From assembly GCA_964566925.1 (NCBI GenBank), contig CAZMIZ010000002.1, forward strand, positions 8,647 to 72,646: 64,000 nt of DNA. The letters run 5' to 3'. The DNA comes from an uncultured Gammaproteobacteria bacterium. Lineage in GTDB: Bacteria; Patescibacteriota; Microgenomatia; PFEM01; DATLAM01. Shown here piece by piece: positions 9,201-16,430 of the stretch. The notes beneath the pieces are model-generated. The model was not told where the DNA came from and searched no databases. It worked only from the letters and a program-made list of their open reading frames with translations. Made by a program: the position numbers and the translations under genes. Positions within the stretch are counted from its first letter, which is position 1. Every line of letters begins with the position of its first letter.

Positions 9201-9731
9201 ATGGATGAGAAGAAAGGGCGATCAGAGGGACGGCCTCCAAAAGAAAAAGGACCTAAATCTTATGTGATGAAGGTGCCACCTTGGGCAGTTCTTTATGCAG
9301 ACCCTTTAATAGGAGTAACTTCTAAGGTGGGTTTAGTAAGAGATTTTTTTTCTTTGGAAGAGGTAGAGCCTCCAGAAGGAAAGGCCGAAAGACCAGTTGA
9401 AGAATTCGCCATGATCCGCTGTCTTCAGAGAGAAAGGCGGACCATCGGAGAAGAGAATGGAAGAAAGATTCGGTGGGATCGGGTCGAGTTCCAGGTGATG
9501 GAGAGAAACAACGGGGATGAGTTTCCAGTGACTAAATGGGGTTATTTTGCCACTCTAGAGCGGACAGAAGAAGAAAAGGAAGCCAGGGAGCCATTTCAAT
9601 ATTTAGGCGAAGATGGTTTTCGCAGCGGTCCGAGATTAAAAGAGAAACCTGCTCCGGGACTTCAACATCAATTTGTTATTTCTAAAAAACTAGCGCCCGT
9701 TGGCCAAAGAGGAAGGCCACTAAAAAGATAA
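9201..9731 (+). CDS. hypothetical protein
   Basis: 176-aa charged ORF with no recognisable motif, immediately 5' of the long ORF-free region. Confidence 0.35.
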   Translation: MDEKKGRSEGRPPKEKGPKSYVMKVPPWAVLYADPLIGVTSKVGLVRDFFSLEEVEPPEGKAERPVEEFAMIRCLQRERRTIGEENGRKIRWDRVEFQVMERNNGDEFPVTKWGYFATLERTEEEKEAREPFQYLGEDGFRSGPRLKEKPAPGLQHQFVISKKLAPVGQRGRPLKR

Positions 9732-10040
9732 TAAAATTTCTTCAAAAATTTTGATAAAGGTCTTCACTAGGGGAGAGAGGGGATTCACCAAGGCCGGAAA
9801 AAGGGAAATATCCTATAATAATTATCATGTTTTCACGAAAACTGCCCGATAATTTTCACGAAACGGCAGAAAATTTGTTAGACTGCCAATCACCGGAAGT
9901 TAGGCATAACCACTCCTCTCGGATGTTGATCTTTGAGTGAGAGACTTAGGTCAATTACTCCCTCTTCAGCTCCTTCCCATTTTTTTCGTTATCTAGGCAC
10001 GAAAAAGGGTAAAAAGGGCGATAAATAGCCAAAATCTCTT

Positions 10041-10060
10041 GATATAGTTTGATATAGTTT
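10041..10060. repeat. direct tandem decamer gatatagttt x2
   Basis: Exact 10-nt tandem duplication inside the ORF-free region. Confidence 0.6.
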
Positions 10061-10225
10061 CCAAAAGAGCATTGTGGATAAGTAGAGAGGTCCTTATTCA
10101 GTAATCGTTAATGGGGGTGATGAGGTGATGGTGGTCCCCAGACGATCTTTAAGAAGAGTTGGGGCTCTTGTTCCCCAGAGGAGGCCTATCTTATGGAAGA
10201 GGGTAAGAGAGTGGCGTCCTGACTT

Positions 10226-10255
10226 AATGTCGCACAATAATACTTTTGCGACATT
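10226..10255. promoter_or_regulatory. perfect 9-bp inverted repeat AATGTCGCA-N12-TGCGACATT
   Basis: Seen directly in the sequence. The ATGTCGCACAATA motif recurs at 10754-10766, next to the recombinase promoter. Confidence 0.5.
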
Positions 10256-10738
10256 ATGGAGAGGGCTTCTCTAGAGAAGAGGTTGGAATAAAAATCTTAA
10301 TGCCTTCTTATTAGGGCCTAATGATTAACTATCCTTTATTTTAGAATTTTTTATTTCTTATTTCTCTATTTTTGGCTGCTGACCAGTTTTTTTGTTTTTC
10401 AAATAAAACCCGAAAGAGCCCACTCCCCTACTATAGGATATATGTCTAAAAAACTGGAACAAAGTTTGCCAAAAAATAATAAAAAAATCAAAAAATAGCC
10501 AAAATTTTATTAAGCAAACGATTAGTTAGTCGCCCTGTTTTCAAATCAAGCCTTAGAAAGCATCTAAGAGGCTGGTCAGCTTCAAGAAGAATCGTTTTAA
10601 ACCTTAAAAAAGAGAGACTAAATGGAAATTTCAATCTTTTGGGAGAAATTTTTGGTCACCTCTGTTTATTTTTCTAAAAATTTTTGATTAGGCTGATTGC
10701 CGGATAATGATCGGCGAATAAACGTTAATAAAAAATTT

Positions 10739-10795
10739 ACCGACATTATTTTTATGTCGCACAATATTGACACTGAGCTGGTCGAAGTGTAAACT
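10739..10795 (+). promoter_or_regulatory. candidate promoter/operator of the recombinase gene
   Basis: Inverted repeat CGACAT-tattttt-ATGTCG (10741-10759), then TTGACA (10767-10772), a 17-nt spacer and TAAACT (10790-10795). The ATG at 10804 gives a very short leader. Confidence 0.4.
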
Positions 10796-10803
10796 ATAGA
10801 TTA

Positions 10804-11763
10804 ATGGCTGCCCCAAAAGAAAAAAAATTACCGAGAAGCGAGTTAGATCAATTAATTGAAGAGTTTTTAGAGCATTTAGAAATTGAACGCCAGTGTTCCC
10901 CTCTTACTATCCGCAATTATCGTCATTATCTAGGCCGTTTTTCTGATTGGTTAAAGAAAAATAATCCCAAGGCTAAGGCGAGCTCAATAAATTTGGAAAT
11001 AATCAAAAAATATAGGGTATTTTTAGCCCGATTTATAGCCCCAAACGATGCCCCCCTTTCGCGTAGCACTCAAAGCTATCATGTGATAGCCTTGCGCGCT
11101 TTTTTGCGCTGGCTGGCCAAGCACGATTACCCCACCCTTTCACCTGAAAAGGTCGATCTTCCTAAAAGCGAATCACGTTCTTTAAAATTCCTTTCGGCCG
11201 ATCAAATGGAACATTTTTTAAACCAGCCGCGGATCTCAACTGACATCGGCTTGCGGGATAAGGCAATTTTAGAGGTTTTGTTTTCCACCGGCCTCCGAGT
11301 TAGCGAATTAGTTAAACTTAATCGTGATCAAATCGACTTAAAAAGACGAGAATTTGGCGTAGTGGGCAAAGGCGGCCGGGCTCGAGTTGTTTTTCTGTCG
11401 GAAAGAGCGGTTAAATGGTTGAAAAAATATCTTGACTCTCGTCAAGATTCTTGGAAGCCTTTATTTATTCATTATAAAGGCGGTAAAGACGAAGGCAAAG
11501 ATGGTGGGAGGATGAGATTAACCGCCCGTTCGGTTCAGCGAATCGTGGAAAAATATTCCCAAAAAGCCAAACTACCAGTTAAAGCTACTCCTCATGTCAT
11601 TCGTCATTCTTTTGCCACCGATCTTTTGGTGGCCGGCGCTGATCTAAGAGCGGTTCAAGAGATGTTGGGCCACAAAAACATTTCCACCACCCAGATTTAT
11701 ACTCACGTCACTAACCGCCAGCTCCGTTCAATCCATCAGGCGTTTCATGGCAAAGGGAGATAA
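10804..11763 (+). CDS. tyrosine site-specific recombinase, XerC/XerD-like
   Basis: N-terminal SAM-like core-binding region (LTIRNYRHYL). C-terminal catalytic region ATPHVIRHSFATDLLVAGADLRAVQEMLGHKNISTTQIYTHV carrying the R..H..R..Y motif. Confidence 0.8.
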   Translation: MAAPKEKKLPRSELDQLIEEFLEHLEIERQCSPLTIRNYRHYLGRFSDWLKKNNPKAKASSINLEIIKKYRVFLARFIAPNDAPLSRSTQSYHVIALRAFLRWLAKHDYPTLSPEKVDLPKSESRSLKFLSADQMEHFLNQPRISTDIGLRDKAILEVLFSTGLRVSELVKLNRDQIDLKRREFGVVGKGGRARVVFLSERAVKWLKKYLDSRQDSWKPLFIHYKGGKDEGKDGGRMRLTARSVQRIVEKYSQKAKLPVKATPHVIRHSFATDLLVAGADLRAVQEMLGHKNISTTQIYTHVTNRQLRSIHQAFHGKGR

Positions 11764-11764
11764 T

Positions 11765-12460
11765 TTATCCTGAGCTTGTCGAAGGAGGGGAAGTAACTTG
11801 GTTTTCCTCATTCTCAAGTAGCCCTAATTCGCTGGCTTTTTTAATTGCATCCGGTATATTATCAACTCCCAGTTTGGCAAGGATCCCACCGGAGCCTGGC
11901 TTCTCTCTTCTTGGCGAATAAAGGCTGTTATGAACGCCTGAGTAAGTCATATCTAAACATTGGGCAGTTTTTCTAATCGATTTTCCTTCTGACATCGCTT
12001 TTAAAATTTCTAGCTGACTAGGAGCAAAAGGAAATGCAGCGGCCTTGGCTTCCCTAGCTCGAGCTCTTGATTCTAAGATTTTCTCTAAAAGCTCGTCTAG
12101 TCTTTTGCTGGGTCTTGAGTTTTCATAGACCTTGGATTGAACTGCTTCCAGGAATTTTTGGTGGACAGTTTCTAGGGAAAATTTTTCATCTTCGAGATAA
12201 GAAGAAATGAGGGCCCACCAAAAACAAATAGTGACCACTGCTCTTCCTATTCTTCCTGGGCATTCCAGCTTACTAAAAATCGAGCTTGTATGATTTTTAA
12301 CCGTGCCGTTTTTGATCCCAAGTGCTACCCCGATTTCCTCGTTAGAGAGGCCTTTGGCCATAAGCGCGCAGACACTGAATTCGGTCTCAGAAAATGGAGA
12401 GAATTTTTCTTTCTCAGGTTGATGATTAAAATTTTCTGGTACTTCTATTTCTGCTGACAT
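11765..12460 (-). CDS. transcriptional regulator with two LuxR/GerE-type HTH domains
   Basis: First HTH: CALMAKGLSNEEIGVALGIKNGTVKNHTSSIFSKL. Second HTH: ILKAMSEGKSIRKTAQCLDMTYSGVHNSL...ILAKLGV. No receiver or autoinducer domain is visible. Confidence 0.65.
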   Translation of the reverse strand: MSAEIEVPENFNHQPEKEKFSPFSETEFSVCALMAKGLSNEEIGVALGIKNGTVKNHTSSIFSKLECPGRIGRAVVTICFWWALISSYLEDEKFSLETVHQKFLEAVQSKVYENSRPSKRLDELLEKILESRARAREAKAAAFPFAPSQLEILKAMSEGKSIRKTAQCLDMTYSGVHNSLYSPRREKPGSGGILAKLGVDNIPDAIKKASELGLLENEENQVTSPPSTSSG

Positions 12461-12491
12461 TTTTTATCTTTCGAGGTCAGTATAAATTGCT

Positions 12492-14480
12492 TCAGATAAT
12501 AAAATCATAGGGATATCGACTGCTACCAGCGGCCAGGTAGAATTTCCTTTTCCATTTAGCGTCAAAATAAACTTCTCCCTGTGGCTTATCTTCTCTAGAA
12601 AGCCTTTTGGCTAGACGGAAATCGAATTTAGACCCTAATCCCCAAGTGGGCATCAGGAAAAAGAGAGTCGAAACCCGGCTTCTAATGATCAGGTTTCGGA
12701 TTTTTCTATTACCTACAGTCGTGGCGGTTAATTGATCCGGGATGGCGAGGTAATGTCCGATTTTCGGCCAGACTAACCAGCGCATGGCCGTAGACATGTC
12801 AACCTGGCTGACAAGTTCAATAAATTTGGTTGCTCCTAATCTCAAACCTACCGGGGCAATCCAGCCGCCGGTGAAACCAAGGGCAGCCCGTTGAAGGCGG
12901 GCTTCAGGCAAAGCCAGAGCACTCAGATAACTGCCGATCTCAAAAAAATCGGCCCCCCTGGCAATGACCTGGTAGGTTAGGAAAGTGGCAAGATAAACAC
13001 TCATTTCTTTCCGGCTAAGACTTTGTAGAGAAACTTGTTTTTTTAATTTTTCCAACTCTTCAATGGTGATTGCCCCATGTTTTTGGGTATTTTTGGCTCC
13101 GCCAAGGACAAAATAGCGAGTGATTTCTTCCAAATTTCGGAATTGGGGGTCGGTGGTTAGTCGTTGCATCCAGGCTGGCATGATCCTGCCACCGACAGTA
13201 TTAAGAATTAGGCTGGAGTTTGATTCTAACTGGTTGTTTATCCCGATTCTTTCTTTTTCTTGAAGAGTTTTGACCTGTCTTTTTCTGAACCTTTCCCAAG
13301 ACGCCTCTCTTCTGGCCGAAATAAACAAGCCATGACTTGCCCATAGACGGTATTGTGTATCGAGGAGGAACATCACCGGTCGGATGCCGAACAAGCGGGC
13401 CAGAAGAAGAAGCTTTTCTGACTCTTCTATTTTTTCAACTACTGATTCGGGAACATCGCCTGATTCCCTCCAGGCTTGGGCCCATTGATCTTTGACAGGG
13501 AGTTCGACAAGCCAGTCATGCTTCTCAAGAAGAGCATTATAAAGCGATAACCAACCTTGAAGTTCTTGATAGCCTTCTTCGCCCAGATTTTCAATCAGGC
13601 GAACCTGATTATTTTCTTCGGTAATCGCTTCTCGGCAGGCGGAGACATGAATTTTGTTAAAAGCTGGGGCGGGTTCACCATCTTTAGCTGTTTGTTGACA
13701 GATTTTTTTATGGAAAGGGAAATAAAAGGTAGGGACAACATAACCGCTAGGCCTCATTTTTATCCCCGGATGGACATCTAACCAGCAGACCCTTTTTTGA
13801 CCGTTGCCGCCGATGAGAACTAGATTTGATGGGGCCAAAGGGTTGTCTTGATGAATTTGAGCCGAAGGTTCGACTAAGCCAAACTGGCGACAAAATTCGG
13901 TCAAGTCGGCCTGGGCTTGGAAAATCTGGTTGATTTCCTCAAAAGTCTTAGGCGGTCTGAAACCATCAATTTTTTCGATTACTTGGCAATAGCCGGTTCC
14001 GGGAATGAAAGTGTAACCAACTGAATCAGGAAGATAATAGGTTTCTCCAAAATAACCATGGACCAATAATCTGAGGATTTTCTGACCAACATGTTCAAGC
14101 TGAGCTTCGGCTTCAAAGTGGCGCGGAAAAAAAGGATGAAGTCTTTCATGGGCCTTTCGCAAAAGCCTTAATGGTATCCCGTATCTTGATTTAGTTGGTA
14201 GAGCGGTTTTGATTACCCAAGGAAGCTCTGATAGCTTGATGACGTCTCCTCGGAATTGACCCTGGTCAACGCTTTCTATCTCACCGGCCATTGGTTGGTA
14301 TTGACAAGATCCCTCTGGAGACAGAGAATTTACCGTAAAAACAAGATTTTCTCCCTTATGGAGAGGGGCTTTTTCATAAATACCTCTTCCTGTTTCAATA
14401 TTGTTAATCATAGCAAATAAAAAACCCAAGCTTGGCTTGGGCATTGGGGCTATTTTAATATAGAAGGGGTTGATTTTCAA
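12492..14480 (-). CDS. large hypothetical protein (662 aa), no recognised family
   Basis: Long uninterrupted ORF, 16 nt downstream of the Rmt-like methyltransferase gene and 32 nt upstream of the LuxR gene, so probably co-transcribed with both. Weak kinase-fold-like stretches (LVHGYFGETYYL...IEKIDGF, WLDVHPG) are not diagnostic. Confidence 0.6.
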   Translation of the reverse strand: MKINPFYIKIAPMPKPSLGFLFAMINNIETGRGIYEKAPLHKGENLVFTVNSLSPEGSCQYQPMAGEIESVDQGQFRGDVIKLSELPWVIKTALPTKSRYGIPLRLLRKAHERLHPFFPRHFEAEAQLEHVGQKILRLLVHGYFGETYYLPDSVGYTFIPGTGYCQVIEKIDGFRPPKTFEEINQIFQAQADLTEFCRQFGLVEPSAQIHQDNPLAPSNLVLIGGNGQKRVCWLDVHPGIKMRPSGYVVPTFYFPFHKKICQQTAKDGEPAPAFNKIHVSACREAITEENNQVRLIENLGEEGYQELQGWLSLYNALLEKHDWLVELPVKDQWAQAWRESGDVPESVVEKIEESEKLLLLARLFGIRPVMFLLDTQYRLWASHGLFISARREASWERFRKRQVKTLQEKERIGINNQLESNSSLILNTVGGRIMPAWMQRLTTDPQFRNLEEITRYFVLGGAKNTQKHGAITIEELEKLKKQVSLQSLSRKEMSVYLATFLTYQVIARGADFFEIGSYLSALALPEARLQRAALGFTGGWIAPVGLRLGATKFIELVSQVDMSTAMRWLVWPKIGHYLAIPDQLTATTVGNRKIRNLIIRSRVSTLFFLMPTWGLGSKFDFRLAKRLSREDKPQGEVYFDAKWKRKFYLAAGSSRYPYDFII

Positions 14481-14495
14481 GGAAAACTATGAAGA

Positions 14496-15290
14496 TCATG
14501 GTTTTTCCAAACAAAAAGCCATTTCCGTGGGGAGCTTGATTTCTTTGACCGGCCAGTCCCTATCCTTAAGGATGCGACTAATAAGTTTCCGGTTTTGCTC
14601 CACCAAGCTGACCTTAGTATGTAAGCTCTCCGTAGGCAAGGTAATAACAATCTGTTTAACTTGGAGGGCATCCAGTAAAGGAAGGGTAATCCCTTCTCGG
14701 CGTTTTTCAAAACGATGAACCTCTTTCATAATCAGGGCTAAATCTGCTTTTTGATCCGGATATCTCACCAAAATGTCTTGAGCCATGGCTAATGGTGGCA
14801 ATCCCTGAAGAACAAAATAGTGGTTTAGAAACTCGACTCGCTTTTCGTGAATGTCAAAAGCAAAATATTGGGTGGTTAACGGCAGTTTCATCCAAGGAAA
14901 AGACAAGGGATGAAGGCCGCAGGCCAGATCCAGGATGACTTGGGGTTGGCCAGTAGTTTTGAAGAGTTTTTGATAAAACTTGTCTAAAATTGGTAAACGT
15001 TCTTTAGCAGAAGCGTGAGCCGCCATAATTTGGGCACAAGCTTTTTTAATCTCTTCCCTGTCTTTGGCAGTAAAAGCTTGGTCAAGGTATTTCTTAGCTT
15101 TTTCGTAGTCAGGATCACCAAGATAAGAAGCGACGATATTGTGGAGTTTTCTTTTAGCCTCTTTAATCGCCTCTTTTTGTTTTTTGCCTTTTCCGATTTC
15201 TGTTTTAATTAAATCCCTAATTGTTTCTTCGGCCGTTGACTGGTATTTCTTGGATTTTTTGATTTTAGCAACCCAGCTATCGAGATTCAT
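14496..15290 (-). CDS. 16S rRNA (guanine1405-N7)-methyltransferase, ArmA/RmtB/FmrO family (aminoglycoside-resistance type)
   Basis: Colinear matches to ArmA/RmtB: IKKSKKYQS, KRKLHNIVASYL, HASAKERLPILDKFYQKLF, the VILDLACGLHPLSF SAM-binding motif, YFAFDIHEKRVEFL, ADLALIMK and IVITLPTESLHTK. Confidence 0.75.
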   Translation of the reverse strand: MNLDSWVAKIKKSKKYQSTAEETIRDLIKTEIGKGKKQKEAIKEAKRKLHNIVASYLGDPDYEKAKKYLDQAFTAKDREEIKKACAQIMAAHASAKERLPILDKFYQKLFKTTGQPQVILDLACGLHPLSFPWMKLPLTTQYFAFDIHEKRVEFLNHYFVLQGLPPLAMAQDILVRYPDQKADLALIMKEVHRFEKRREGITLPLLDALQVKQIVITLPTESLHTKVSLVEQNRKLISRILKDRDWPVKEIKLPTEMAFCLEKP

Positions 15291-15319
15291 CAGAATATAT
15301 TATAATACGAATAAGTCTG

Positions 15320-16423
15320 ATGAGGAAGATAAACTATTTTAAAACCAAAAAAGGCAAAATTCCTTTGCCCACCTTTTTCCCGGATGCCACCCGGGCGGTG
15401 GTCAGAACCATTGACTCTGAAGATATTAAAAAGACCAAGACCCCAGGAATTTTGGTTAATACTTATCATCTTTATCGGGAATTAGGCGGAAAAGTCTTAG
15501 CCAAACACGGCGGTGTTCGCCAATTTATGGCCTGGGACGGCGCCGTTATTTCCGATTCCGGCGGCTTTCAGGTTTTGACTCTAGCTAAGGCCGCCACAAA
15601 AAAAGGTTCGGTGGTTGACGAGGGGGTTACTTTTCGGCCGGCCCGGGATAAGAAGATTCTTTTTACTCCCGAAAAATCAATTCGCTTTCAAATGGCTTTA
15701 AAAACGGACATGGTTATTGTTCTTGACGACTTTACTGAGCCTAAAGCAAATTATCAAAAAGCCAAAGAGACCGTTGATCGTTCTGTTCTTTGGGCGAGAC
15801 GCTCAAAAGAAGAATTTTTAAAATGCTGTGAGGAGGAGGGTTTGACCGAAAAAAATCGACCTTTTATCATGGCGGTGGTTCAGGGTGGTGATTACCTTGA
15901 TCTTAGGAAAGAATGCGCGGAGCGCTTGGCCGAAATTGGGTTTGATGCCTTTGGTTACGGCGGTTGGCCCCTCACCCCCGAGGGAAAGTTTGATTATCCA
16001 ACAGTTAAAGTAGTGGCTGATTCTGCTCCTGATGACTATTTTCTTTTTGGCTTGGGGGTGGGCAAACCCGAAGAGATTGTGGGTTGTATTGATTTGGGCT
16101 ATCATATGTTTGATTGTGTTTTGCCTACCCGAGATGCCCGCCACCGCCGGCTTTATGTTTACGAAGCAAATTCGCTTGACAAAATTAACATCCGTAAGCC
16201 CAAATTTTATTCCTTCTTTACACCGGACAAGGAAAAGTATTATCAAGATGATCAGCCGGTGAGTCAAGCCTGTGATTGTTTACTTTGCACCAAATATACC
16301 CGGGCCTATCTCGCCCATCTTTTCCGGATTGAAGAATCAACTGCTTTGCGCCTTTCAACCATCCATAATCTTCGTTTCTATTCTCTGTTGATGGAAAAAC
16401 TAAGGGAAGAAGTTAAGAAATAA
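15320..16423 (+). CDS. tgt: queuine tRNA-ribosyltransferase (tRNA-guanine transglycosylase)
   Basis: VISDSGGFQVLTLA catalytic region and the C-terminal zinc site CDCLLCTKYTRAYLAHL. Confidence 0.85.
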   Translation: MRKINYFKTKKGKIPLPTFFPDATRAVVRTIDSEDIKKTKTPGILVNTYHLYRELGGKVLAKHGGVRQFMAWDGAVISDSGGFQVLTLAKAATKKGSVVDEGVTFRPARDKKILFTPEKSIRFQMALKTDMVIVLDDFTEPKANYQKAKETVDRSVLWARRSKEEFLKCCEEEGLTEKNRPFIMAVVQGGDYLDLRKECAERLAEIGFDAFGYGGWPLTPEGKFDYPTVKVVADSAPDDYFLFGLGVGKPEEIVGCIDLGYHMFDCVLPTRDARHRRLYVYEANSLDKINIRKPKFYSFFTPDKEKYYQDDQPVSQACDCLLCTKYTRAYLAHLFRIEESTALRLSTIHNLRFYSLLMEKLREEVKK

Positions 16424-16430
16424 GGTTGAA

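Noticed and set aside
10226-10255. The AATGTCGCA/TGCGACATT palindrome as a canonical 28-bp dif site
   Set aside because: Arm spacing (12 nt) and sequence do not match the 11-6-11 dif architecture or consensus. It may still be a recombinase or regulator site, so it is reported only as an inverted repeat.
9732-10803. Hidden rRNA, RNase P RNA or SRP RNA in the long noncoding region
   Set aside because: No conserved P4 (AGGAAAGTCCGGGC-like) or SRP domain IV motifs were found, and the composition is AT-rich and low-complexity. Cannot be fully excluded without covariance-model search.
10804-11763. Phage-type integrase implying a prophage
   Set aside because: The C-terminal catalytic region and N-terminal core-binding region fit chromosomal XerC/XerD better than lambda-like integrases. 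No phage structural genes occur nearby, so it is called a Xer-like recombinase and the island idea is kept as a hypothesis only.
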